Part shown: positions 12,237-31,077 of the stretch, one piece after another
How positions within the stretch are numbered: the first letter of the stretch is position 1
Layout of the letters: the number at the start of each line of letters is the position of its first letter
Assembly: GCF_041956535.1 (NCBI RefSeq)
Contig: NW_027192210.1
Coordinates: forward strand, 442,021-506,020
Source of the DNA: Calcarisporiella thermophila CBS 279.70
Lineage: Eukaryota > Fungi > Calcarisporiellomycota
Direction of reading: 5' to 3'
Length of the DNA: 64,000 nucleotides
The notes under the pieces: model-generated
Database searches by the model: none
What the model saw: only the letters and a program-made list of their open reading frames with translations
Told to the model about the DNA's origin: nothing
Position numbers and translations under genes: made by a program

Positions 12237-13348
12237 ATGTCACCAAGTAGACACAAGAATAAGAATACCACCGATGCGCCGGATGGCCATTTTCGACTCG
12301 CCCTCTGCCAGCTCTTTATCACTAGCGACAAACAGGCTAATCTATCGGGTGCTCGTAGACTTGTATCGATGGCTGCAAAAAAGGCAGATGTAGTAGTATT
12401 ACCCGTAAGTCTCTCATCCAAACTGATGTCGACATGCATTATTCATCCGCTTGTGGTTTAGGAGTGTTTTATATGCCCATACTCGCTCTCAAATATGATA
12501 CGATACGCGGAATCATTCCCTGATGGCGAGACTTATGAAACTCTGTCATCGATGGCTCAGGAATCGGGCATTATGCTTATTGGAGGTACTTTTTTTTACC
12601 CTCCCTCCCTCACGCGTCCATCTCCCATTTTAATTTTACGTGTCCCCGCACAGGTTCTATTCCGGAAAGAGGAGAGGATGGCAAACTCTACAATAGCTGT
12701 GTCGTGTTCGGGCCAGATGGTAAATGCATCGCCAAACATCGCAAAATCCATCTCTCAGACGAGGACATCATCAATGGAATTGCTGTCAGGGAAGAGGAGA
12801 TTGTTGCGCCCGGGAACTCGCTTACCTTGGTTGACATAGGTATGTGCCATCTATATTAATTGCGTGTTTGCAATCGTGGTAACCGATGGCTGAATCTTCC
12901 TGCCTCCCCAGGTTACGCACGGATTGGTATTGGCATCCGGGACGACCTTGGTCATCCCGAATTAATCAGGCTTGCCTCTCGTAATGGCTGCGTAGCCATG
13001 ATTGTGCCTACCGCATTTCCATCTGGAAATGCCCAAAAATATTGGGAACTTCTCCAGCGTACTCGTGCCATAGAGAATCACATCTACATTGCCACCTGCT
13101 CCCCGGCGGTAAATTTTGCTGAGCCAAAACAGCATCTTTCTGTCGGGCTTTCGGCCGTCATATCCCCAAGCGGGGAATCCGTGAGCACAGCACACCATGA
13201 GGAGATGGTGGTGTATGCGGAAATCGACCAGAAGCTGGTTCTAGATGCGTGCACCCGCGCTCAGGTGAGCGAACAGAAAGTGCAGGAGGCGTATCCAGAG
13301 GTGAATTACCGGGTGGCGGACGAGGCGATCGAGAAATCCTACGTTTAA
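12237..13348 (+). CDS. Carbon-nitrogen hydrolase, omega-amidase Nit2/Nit3-like; catalytic Cys apparently replaced
   Basis: Four exons give FRLALCQL, VVVLPECF (catalytic Glu), GGSIPE, LYNSCVVFGPDG, HRKIHL (catalytic Lys), IGIGIRDDLGHPEL (family form GICYDxRFPE) and WELLQRTRAIEN. Confidence 0.88.
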
Positions 13349-13859
13349 CTTGGGGATGAAAGTAATTCTTGTGGAGGCAGCGCTTGTATATTGTTCGGAT
13401 CTGTCTATTTGTATTTGGGAAGGTTTAATCTTTATATCAAAATACCTTGATATTTTTCTATATATTACGTTGGTTACTCTGCATTTGCCTTTTTTTTTCC
13501 TCCACATCCTGATGCATTTGCTTTCTTTGTAGAGTGCAAGAACATTTTCCTACCAATTTTTTTTTTCTTCTCTTTTTTGCTTCTTCAATTATGTATACAC
13601 TTTATCTGTCTTTTTGTACTTACCGATTGTACATCCTTCATAGTATGATATTGAATAAAATTAGATAGCCATAATGGATCTAAGCATCTCAAGATCATTA
13701 TCTTTAATATTTGTAGGAAAGAAAATCAAGCATTATCGTAAAGTAAAATTTTCCAAAATATATATATTTATAATCTTCTATCTATAGAAAAGAGTGTTTT
13801 TGAAAGTTTCCTACAAACGGATATCTAAAATGGAAGACGTCCCCATTCCACCCTGTCTA

Positions 13860-16800
13860 TCACTCCACCTTCCGAGCGGCTCGGGTGACATTCCTGCGCC
13901 GATACATCGCTACAAAATCGTTCAGCACTCTCCTTAACCGCCTCCAATGCTGCTCGTCTCTGAAGGCCGCGTCCATATCGCCGACAAACTTGACCCGCTC
14001 CTCCGGAGTCATATGCCCCGCGGGGAAACCATCCACCACCATTTTCAGCCATTCTCTATTCTCCGCGGGGAAAGTGTTCTCCAGAGCTCGCAGTACGCCT
14101 CCAAAATCAGCAACCAGTTCCCGCGGCGCATGGTAGATCATACCATTGAAGAGGGCGGCAACGAAATGCACGCCTTGCGCACGAAAGAGTTCACGTAGTG
14201 CTAGCCGCGTACCCTCCTCAACTTCGGCTTCTGGGCGTGTGGCTATCCCAAGAAGTTCCTGGAAGAACACGAGCGTGGAGGCGAGCGCGTGCTCGTGTTC
14301 AAGCGAGAGCACTGCGAAGCCCACCTGTATCACGCTCGGAAGAATGGGGGAGTGCACGAGGAGATTCGGAGCCACGTCCACAAAAGAGGTCACAAGGCGG
14401 AAAAACTCCTCCACCGTGTCCGGAATATCAACGAATTTTTTCGACTGGAAGATACGGAAAGCACTCGAACTCATGCTTTCAAGCATCGGATAGTAAGCAG
14501 CAACCTCGCTCGCCTGCGCTATTCTGCCAGCCTTTGCCGCAAATTCCCTCACCACCTTGGTCGCGACCCACAGATAGCAGCTCAGTTCCGTCGCGTCAAA
14601 CACTCGCACTAGTCTTTCCACCAACTTCGGGACCATGGGTAAGAAGTGTGGGCCGTAGCACACGACCCAGGTCTTGAATAGCTTGGCAACGCGTTCAGAA
14701 ATGGTCTCATTGTCCCCGAAATTCGTAAGGACGAGATCAAATACCGGCCAAAGATCGTTAACCAGCGTGATGGTCGGGTGTGTGCTAGTGGTGGGGATGT
14801 CTCGTGGAGTGCAAACTTGCGTGAAAATGACAATTTGCTCGATCAAGTCTGTCAAACAAACAACGAAAAACAGCGGTTATCGCAAATGCTAAAGAAGAAG
14901 CTGCAAGAGTCGCGAATTACCAATTGCCTCTGCGATTTCCGCTTCATTGCAGGCTGCCTTCCCCTTGATCATAATCTCGTGCAATCGCTGCGCAATGGGT
15001 GCACAAAACATTTGGAGGCAACTCAGCAGACGTTCTGCAGGAACTGCAGCCACGACATAAGCAACCGCTTCGGTCACCTCGAAAAGTTCATAGTCCTTTA
15101 ATTGCTTTACGACATTGACATAAAATGGGTGCAATTGAGTCAGATAATCAATGAGAAGCTATCCAAGCGATAGGTAAGTAACTCATCCAATACCAAGTGA
15201 AAATAAAAATCATTACTTCGCTACAGTCCTTGCACAAGTACTTGAGGGCCATGGCAGCAGCCGGTCCAACGTCATCTTTGTCGAAGCCGGATGATATAAA
15301 ATTCAACTGATAAGGGATAAACTCCGGGTGCTTTCTGGTCCAGTAGGAGTATCTTGAAATGACAAGAGTGGCTGCATAGCGGATCTTGGGGTGGTCGGGT
15401 AGTTGTGAGAGCATCTGCATAATTTGGGGCAACACGTTCGCCTCATCATCAGGTACTTCCGCACCCATTGCTCTCAGTCCAAATAAAGGCGCCTCCAAGT
15501 CCTGCCACGACTCCCCCGCAACCACCCGCTTCGCCAATACCTCGTATACTTTGGCAAGACATGTCGTAGCGCCAAGCACGACACAGCAATCTTTAAGCAC
15601 ATCCCCCATCACATGCCTGAAGTCGCGGAAATCGTCACGTTCCTGCGCACTCCATGTGGTGAGATCATCAGGATAACGAAGGTGGCGGATCATCACATCC
15701 ACCAGCTTATCATATGCTGGTGCGTAGCGCTCTTTTGCGGTGGCATTTTGTGGTAGTACTAATAGCTTTGCAAGTTCATACCAAAAATTGAAAGTCATTG
15801 GCACAATCTGTAGGTCATGTACGGCCGCACAATCCAAGAGCCCCTCTACCACCCCATCGAAAGCATTAGGGTGTTGCATTACTAGTGGAAGATACGCCTC
15901 GCCTGCCTCTGAAAATATTCGGCAGAGACCGCGTAGTTGATCATCGTCAGCATCATCTTCTGCAGCCGTTACAGTGCTCTGCTTTAGCTTCTCCCGAAGC
16001 GGAGCAAGTCGTGGATAAACCATATTGATGACACCCATATACTCATTAATCTCTCTTGTCTCTTGTATAACCTGACAAACAACATCCACTGCGACGTTAA
16101 AGAGATCGTCGGACTCGAGCGCATCGAAAGCAAAGGTGAGAAGCGGAGTTGAGCTAAGTGCGTTGATATCAATATCTCCCGATTTCATCCAACTTAAAAG
16201 GCACTGGAACATTTTAGATTGCATGTCAGCATCAGACCCTATACAAACAAATTGAATAGGTGGTGGTAAGAGATAATTGTACAAAAGGATCCTTCGAGCA
16301 AAATAAAAGTATTTTACCGGCGTTTTGCATGATATGAACAAGCAATCGCAACACTTCCGACCCATTTTTAGTGAGCAATTCGAATGACCTCGACTTGTAT
16401 AGTTCGTCCTAAAAAAGCATCCTACATTTATCCATTTAACCTTTTTTTAAAACGAGAAAAAGTACTTACAGAAATCGGAATTCTTCGGTTGTCTGAAATC
16501 TCCTCTGGAAGTACTGTGAGGAACTCGAGTAGACAGGGTAACGTGTCGTTGCTTGATCCATAAAGCTCCACCATATGCCGTACCACATCGTTCCATTCAG
16601 GTAATTGTAGTGCCAATCCCGCGAGGGAGAGACATAGTTGTGTCGCGATGATTCGGGGACCAGCACGATATTGATGAAGGAGATGAAGTAAAGAATCCCG
16701 TAGGGAAAGTCTCTCTTGTGTCTTGAGTTGGGTGAGATCATATGTAATCTATTCATGACAGAATATATCCAAGTTAGTATTGAAAGGGGCTCGCATTATT

Positions 16801-17116
16801 ATTCATAACCATTGGCACAGTAATGCGCCCGATTCGCACCTTTGTTCGGAAAGTTTGGGCTGCAAATAAGCGTATTTCTGTTGATGAAGCATTGGATTGT
16901 AATATGGTGTCCGAAATGGACCATGCTTCGGGCTATATTAATATGAAAGATCTTAATTATTAGCTCTATTTCAACAAATATTCGTTACTGAGAAATTACA
17001 GTCTTTTGAAACTCTTCTAGCCACGTATTCGCTCGTTCTTTGGTCGCCCGATCCCCAGTGTATAGCGCACTAAGAGCCTCGGTTAGCTGTTGCGATTTTG
17101 TCTGCAAATCTGCCAT
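13860..17116 (-). CDS. MTR10: Importin-beta family karyopherin Mtr10/transportin-3, multi-exon
   Basis: N-terminus MADLQ...ALSALY...ANTWLEEFQKT and LFAAQTFRTK; LLEFLTVLPEE; RDDFRDFRHVMGDVLKDCC; EAPLFGLRAMGAEV; C-terminal LNDFVAMYRRRNV. Confidence 0.92.
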
Positions 17117-17424
17117 ATTAATTAAGAATTATAACGCGATAAATACACTCTTTTTGATAAATCGTCGCGAAGCAAGAAAAATACAGGAAAAAAAATTGAG
17201 CTGCGCCTCTACCGAATTTCATTTGAACTGGTTGGAAATGTGATCATCATAGGAAAATGTGCAACTGTCAAATGTTATAAGTGAGCACATCCTATGATGC
17301 ATTTTATGACCTAAACTTTTGGATTTATTTATTCATTTGGAGTATGTTTTATGTCTGACATTTTCAATCTCTTTCCCGTAATTCTAGATACACCAACATA
17401 TACCATTGTATAAAATACTGGAAC

Positions 17425-18551
17425 ATGTATTGTAAATTTTTGTTCCCTATAATTATTGTTTTTGCAAAATTACTGCAAGCTGCACCAACAAACACTTCAG
17501 ACTCCAAGCAAGCACTAGTGGTTTTTGGAGATTCTTACAGTGATAATGGACATCCCCGCAACTCAAAATACCAGGTAAGTGGTTCATATGCTATAATAAA
17601 GACACATCGTCAACGACATTATCCAACAGGGAGGACGGTCGACAAATGGGAACACTTGGAACGAATACCTCTCAAACAAACTCCATGCCACTCTCTATAA
17701 TTATGCATGGGGAGGGGCAACCGCTGACAATGTAAGCCTCTACTCTTTCCTCAAACACCCGTCATTGTTAGCTTAAATATTATGAGAAGGCCATAGTTCC
17801 TCGCTCAACTGTCAGCGTCAAAGAGGCAGTTGACCTCTTCTACCGTGGAGCATACGATGGCGTTTCTAGCACTTCACTTAATTGGGACCCGGCTAACACG
17901 CTTTTTGCGGTGTGGATAGGCGTGAACGACAATACAGACATCTTCTTTCATGCCTATGATTCGATAAAATACAGGCAAAGTGTTGATGCTGTCAGAGACT
18001 CTCTGGTAATTAAATACAGATACATCTAAAGATAGCTGATCGATGGATTATAATCTGTATTTTCCGCGCTATTAGATAAGTCTTTATGAACATGGTGCAC
18101 GTCAATTTCTTCTTCTTAATGTACCGCCCCTTGAACACATGCCCTATGCAGTGGCAAGTTCCGCCAACAATAGCGTAATTCTCGACGTATTTGCAGAATG
18201 TGTTATAGTATATAACATGATGCTCGCAGAGATGTCACGAGATTTTACAAGGGACAACCCTGATATTAAGCTAACTTATTACGATGCTCACAAACAGTTT
18301 TTGAGTTTCTTTGAAAATAATACGTTCAAAAACTTGGCAGACCCATGCACAACTGGAAGAGGAACATGCGCGGACCCTGACACGTATCTCTATTGGGACA
18401 CATGGCACATTACAAGTAAGAATTCCCACTAGTCTTATTTGGATTTGATCTATTACTCACTACAGCTGTTCATTATAAAGCTCGTGCGCACAGTCTAATT
18501 TCCGATGGGATATATGCAGAGCTTCAGAAACAACTCCAATTGTTGAGATAA
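17425..18551 (+). CDS. Secreted SGNH/GDSL esterase (CE16 acetylesterase-like), multi-exon
   Basis: Signal peptide; block I LVVFGDSYSDNG; block II NYAWGGAT; block III WIGVND; block V YLYWDTWH; catalytic Ser/Asp/His intact. Confidence 0.88.
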
Positions 18552-19709
18552 CACTTGAATTTGTACATTAATGATTCAACTATATAAAAGAGTATATATC
18601 AGTCAGTGAACAGGCATATCTTTCAATATATGAAGATCTCATTCGCTCCAATTCAAAATTTCAAATTTGTATATTAAATCAACCTAGGATAGGTTAAGAT
18701 TAAATAGTGGGGTTTACCTGCAAAATCGTCCGAGCTGATGTCTTATATCAATATTTAATCCTGCGTATACCAAATCAAATTCGATGTTCTGTCTGTGCAG
18801 GTTGCTCTTGGAAATCGTGATAGTAGGATTTGCACTCCCAACTTTTTAGTATTATAGCCTACTATAATGGAATGCATTGTAAAGAAGCAGATTGTCCTGG
18901 CATAGTAAAGCGTCAATAGCCCCAGTTAATCGTGTGGATAATTAGAGAGTTTTGAACTCTGAGCGAGCATCTTCCCACGTCAATTACAAGTTTGCATGCT
19001 TAGCAGTAGGGATAGAGTCGTAGCCAGGAGGGTTCTCGTGGGTATTGAGGATTCCACTTTTTGCTTGTTTGCGACTAGTTTCCTTCTCCTACGAAGTAGT
19101 GCATTTTCTCTAAGTGCTCTGCTGAGACTTTTAGGCTGACCTGAACATTCAAAGGTATTGGCATGAATAGAAAACAATAAGACGAAGATAAATAAAAGTA
19201 GAAAAAGGCCAAAAAGGGTTGCAGTAGATGAGAGCATGGTTTATAAGGTTGCAATGAAATTCTGGGCAACGTAGAACAGTATGGCATCGGCTAACTTCTT
19301 TATAAAAAAGGGCGGTGTATTAAGTTGAATTAAGCCTTTAAGGGAACAAGGCTGCTCAATACAAGAAAACTCTCAGATTCAAATTCATTAAATAATACAT
19401 AGCAAATTCATCTAGGTTTCTGGGCAGTTAACGGGGTGGGTTCACAACTTAAATTATACAATTCAAGTCCGCGAAACACCACGACAAAACAAAGCTTTCC
19501 CCTATTTTATTGCCTTGCTTTTCCGGCTCGTCTCTGTTCTTCTATCCTTTATATGTTTCGGGACCTGGACGCATTTTCTCCAATCCTTTAGTACTAGAAC
19601 ACCCATCATTTTGACACTATCCCTCTTCTCTCATTTTCACCCCATCCCATCCATCTTAGCGTCCCAATCGAATCCCTCCAAACGACCGTTTTCTATCTAA
19701 CAACAAACC

Positions 19710-21349
19710 ATGAAGGATGAATCAAATTCAACGCAGGATGACAAAACAAATCCCTTTTCCTCCACAGCATCATCTAATACAATACCACCCTCTACCAAGC
19801 CTTTCCGAGCACGTGCAAATAGCCGCCGGCTGTCTGTCCAAATCCCAATGCCACAACAGCTGATGCCTCCACCAGCATTCAATGAAAAGGAGGCTGTTTC
19901 TCCCACTATTATGAAGCTTCGTAGACCAATGGGTTCAACTGTTTCGACTATGGTCCAGAGTTGGGTAAATTGGCCGGTATCTCCTGGAACTTGGCAGGAG
20001 CGTAGTCCACTGCCATCGCCAAATTTGGCTGCAAGTGAAGATTACGCAATGTGGCAGACCGGAAGAGTGGTTAGATCGCAATGGTTTAGAACTGCTTTCT
20101 TCTTATATGCAGCTGTGTCATTGCTGGTGACAACAATTCAGATCATGTCTTGGGTTTGGACGAGTAGTAGCAATGAGAATAATAGATTAGTCGAGAATTA
20201 TGCGTCTCCTAGAGTGACACTCGAACGGACATACGACGCCAACGAGACATACTCGTTGCTGACGGATTTCAGCAACAGCTACCGCCTGTCAAAAATGTTT
20301 TCAAAGGCCCTACCTGAAACTCTCAAGGATGTAGAGCCATTTTATTTGCGAGCTGACACCTCTCCGCCACCTGAAGATATTACTGTCACGCTTGTTGTGC
20401 AAGAGCAAAACCTGCCGCTGCTGATCAGTTTTGCAAAAGAGTGGCAAGGGCCCATTTCTGTGCTTTTTACGGTTGAAACCGAAGAAGGTCGCCGAAATCT
20501 AGACGAAAATATTCAGCAGCTTCGCAGAAACGTCGACGTTCATCTCATGTGGGATCATAATCCACCATCGCTAATAGGACTCCGGCCTCCTCTAAATCTT
20601 CGCCGCAATATTGCCCGGCTTTTTGCGCGGACAGAATTTGTTGCACAGTTTGCAGACGGCGTTTGGCCAGTGACAGATTTTCGTGAAAGTCTCAATGATG
20701 CTCGAGTACGTAAGAGACTGCGCGGAGGAGACCTGTTTGTTCTCCCGACTTTTGAGTATACCTCCAATGCCACTGTGCGAAACGTCCCGCAGTCTAAAGG
20801 TGCTGCCTTGCGGCTGGTCCAGCAAGGTCACCTGGCACTGCACGAGCGATGGGAACACGGTACCTCACTAGAAAAGTGGAGTCAAGCCCAGGGAGTCTAT
20901 CGGATAGAAAATTTTGATTTGCATTATAACCCAAGCGTTGTGATGTCAAAGGAGCTGTCTCACTGGTAGATATAATTTAAAATCTCATGTCGAGTATAAT
21001 TGTATTAAAGCTTTATTACTATAGGTGCCCTGAACGCATTAACGATCACGGCGCTGCTTGCCTTTATGGCGCATACCTAAGTGGATCCGATTTTTGGGTT
21101 CTCCCTAATGATTTCATGGTTCACATTAACAAGCCCGTCGGTTTTCATCCTACATTTGCAGACTCAGAGGTTGAGGCCGGATATGATGAGAAAATGTATC
21201 AGAGATACTTGCCTGAATTATGCATGCACCACGCACGTAGGCTCCATGCTATTAAATTATGGCATACATCACGGTCGCGACACTGTAAGACACAATGTGG
21301 AGCAGTATTGCGCTCATGGGGCAAAGGACTTTTTGACAAGCATTCCTAG
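19710..21349 (+). CDS. Type II membrane GT49 (LARGE/B4GAT1-like) glycosyltransferase-like protein, 2 exons
   Basis: TM helix TAFFLYAAVSLLVTTIQIMSWVW; GT49 motifs DITVTLVV, WQGPISV, NVDVHL, NLRRNIARLFART, FVLPTFE, WCPER, AACLYGAYLSGSDFWVLPNDF; intron 20967-21024. Confidence 0.8.
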
Positions 21350-21727
21350 CTTTTCTATATTCTTATTTGGATGTTATGATTATATCAGGTGATGCTTTTT
21401 TCGATAAATTAACTTCTGCTTTGGAATATTATCCCCTTTTACCCTGCCACTCGAAACTTTCCCTTCATTTATACTATCGATTTATATATTATATTATATC
21501 ATAATAATAATAATAGAAATTTTTTCTGGGACTAATGAGCTTAGTTTGGAAACATGGTTTTTGAAGTGTAATGTCTTGGTGCACGTTTACACAGAATTTT
21601 AAATGTCAATAGTGATTATATTTTTCGGATATAATATAAAGAAAAGGGAGAGCAATAAACTGTTCTTCTATAGAAATGGGAAATAAAATTAGATTTCGTT
21701 ATATATTCTTTATAATACAAAGAAAAT

Positions 21728-27954
<6,227 letters not shown>

Positions 27955-29059
27955 TATTGTTTACTAGTCTAATTCTACCCTAAACTTGGTCTGCCTTGTC
28001 TAGCAAGACTAGATGTTTTACGCTCTTATATAACTCTAGTAATATATTCTAAATGACAATAATTGAATGAAAATGAGAGATGGTTTTGAATTGAGAAAAA
28101 ATAAAATAAAAAGAAAAAAAAAACAAGGACCACGTCTGGTTCCCTGCTCAGCACTCTCTCCTCTTTCTGTCTTGTATTTTATATTTCCTCTTTCCGCTTA
28201 TTTGCCGGCAGCAGTCCTTCGCTATTTATCGACAGCCTTCTTTTGCTCAAAATAACATGCAAAATAAAATATACATTATAAACCATCCCTTGTGTTATTA
28301 TTGTAATTCATATTATTTTCAAAATCGTAAAAGTTTCACAATTGAACCAATTATCATTGCAAAACATTGGCTCCAGATTTTTGGATTGCTTACTTTTTCC
28401 TTCACTCATTCGAAAATATAAATTTCCACTCAAGATTCTTCTTTCAAAAACCATTTCACTGGTGATTCCTTAGTTATCAGTAAAAGATTTTATACTGATT
28501 TAATAAACATTTGATTTAATCGCGACAAATATTGCGTTATGCAAATAATCTCGAAGAAGGGAAAGAGGGATTAGATATTATGACTTGATAAATGCAGACT
28601 AATAATAACTTCAGCTATTCTGCTGTTAACTCACTCAGGAATCCTTCATAATTTATAGGCTCATCCAAGGCCACAATTATGGTTGTTTCCTTGGTGTTTA
28701 AAAATTATCCTAAAATATCAGAAGTGAAATATTATTTAATTTGTAACTCCGAATTGACATCAATTGAGTTTATTATTATATTTCAAGAAAAACGTATCCA
28801 AACAAGCATTTCCTAAATGGGATATAATACTCAATTAGGATCATAGAAGTGCAGTTAATTAAAATTTTGTAAAGAAATACAGTGTTGCCACTGATTATTC
28901 TCATACTTCTTTAGTAAACAAGTTTGAAATTTATCATTAACCGCATTATTTTTATTTTTTAGCTATTTACCTATGTGCAATAGAATAAGCTTAATGGAGT
29001 CTGTGATCTGTTCAGTCCTAAGATTTTTTTTTTATTATAGCTTGGATAAAGCCAATTTA

Positions 29060-29090
29060 TTCCACTATATTTATAATAAATATAGTGGAA
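29060..29090. repeat. Perfect inverted repeat (15-bp arms, 1-nt spacer)
   Basis: TTCCACTATATTTAT-A-ATAAATATAGTGGAA; all 15 pairs checked. Confidence 0.9.
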
Positions 29091-29228
29091 AATACGCTAG
29101 TTAAAGTAGTAATATGGTTTGCAAAACATTGAAAGTATATTACTCATTTTTAGAGTGACTACAAGTTACAATCAAGGATAATAGATGCTAAATACTAGGA
29201 ATCAACCAAAAAATGCAAGAATAAATTC

Positions 29229-30872
29229 CTACATTGGATGCTCTCTTATAATATGCTCTATCACCTTTTCGCCCGCAGCATTAATAAATCTTCGACGCAC
29301 AACTATTGATTCATGTGCATTTCCCTTAAGCGAAATTAATATTTTTCTCCATGCCATGTCCGAATGCCATCGACGAGCAATTTCTATTTCTACAGATGTG
29401 TCTTCCAGGCTACTCACAAATCTTTCAAAATCAGAAGGTTCTACGACTTGGTCCATAAGAACTACGTCTCCGCTGTATGAATTCTGTTCTCCTCTGTCTT
29501 GATTTACAGTCAGTTTGCTTGTTAAATCATAGCAACCTGTATATAACAAGGAGCTTGTACGATAATTAACAAGTGGGTCATTAAGTAAATTTGCATAACA
29601 ACTTCTGCTCTTAAATCGTCTAAGGATTTTGTGGCAAGCAGAATGAGGGTGTGCAAGCTGAAGCAGAAGCGGCTCTTGTAGGGTATTTGCAGGTGTAGCA
29701 AGCGCAAGATCCTTTCCAGTTTGGCCCAACAAACCTCCTATAAGCACCCATTTCAGCGGAGCTATGAGATGAGATCCTAAGAGTGGCGATGCAAGAGTGA
29801 CGAAGTGCATAGGAGTCAACACATCGAAGAACTTTCCATGAGTTATTTGCTGGAGCACTTCGATAGCGTAAAGATTCAGTATACCCCCTAATTACAAATA
29901 GATGGTTAAATTAGTGTCTTATTTTTATATGAGCACTTATAAGAAAGGAAAATACCGAGAGAGTGCCCAATAAAAGAAATCTTAGAATATTTGCAATTCC
30001 AGTCCTCTTTTTTACTCTCATTTTCTCGTGAATAATTAACCGTAGTAAGTATCTGATCAGCTATGCGTCGCCCTGCGACTTCAATTCCATCGAATGTTCC
30101 TAGATGATTCGAGTCGCAAGCAAGAGGCACGACGCTATTATCCCCATTCCCACATTTCGCATCGTAATGGCTTAAAAGCTTCTCATAAAGATAAAGAAAA
30201 TCAATCCGTGTTCCAAGAACTCCGTGAGTTAACACAACCTATAAAAAAGAAACCCGAGTTAAAAATTAATTCTTAATATAAATAGAAAAATGATAAGTAT
30301 GTACGAGATGACTATTATTGGGAACATTTAAAGGAGTTGAAAAGATATCTTTCGTCTCAAGGGAATAATAGGAAAGCGCAGGGGATTGGATAACTGAGTG
30401 TATTCCGGATCGGGGCGTGTCCAATGTAGAGATAGTTACTGCGTAAGTGATCGGATTTTCTGAAAATTTTACTTCGCTCACCACCTACACTTGTGAATAT
30501 CATTATTTATATTCTTTAGATTGGATGTAATATAATTAAACATACACTTACCTCAATAACCCATTTTCCCTCTTGAATTTTGTTTTCCCAATATTGTCCA
30601 CACTTTATACTTGCAGAAAACTGTGGTTTTCCGCACATATATCCATCTGCAACTTCCTGATGTAGAGATGTTGAAAGCTCAAACGGGCCACTAAGCACAG
30701 ATGCAATTTTATATAATGGACATGTATTAGACACTCGCACTCTCAAGAAGTTTATATCAATTCCAGGATGCCTAGGGAATAGGATGGGATCCTTGGAAGG
30801 ATTAAATTCGACATGAAAGCGGTGGATGTCTGCGTTGAGTAGTGTGCCTGTGGACGAAAGCAAAACTGGCAT
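29229..30872 (-). CDS. DUF676 putative serine esterase/lipase (Rog1/Lpl1-like), 4 exons
   Basis: Rog1-like N-terminus LRVRVSNT...SGPFELS; LTHGVLG; GTFDGIEVAGRRIA; nucleophile elbow SFIGHSLGG; FVTLASPLLG; YANLLNDPLV; NAHESIVVRR. Confidence 0.85.
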
Positions 30873-31077
30873 TTTTCCATCTCGAACCAAGGATAACAAT
30901 AGTGTGCTAACATTCAATTAATAATTATATTTGTCCCCAGCCAAAGAATTAATTACTGCTAACATTGTTAATAAGCTGATTAATTAAATACGATTTGATC
31001 ATAATTAAAAACGTTTGGAAATCGAATCCAAGATTATTTTACTCAGGATTTTAGAAATACAAGAATAAAAAAGAGGG

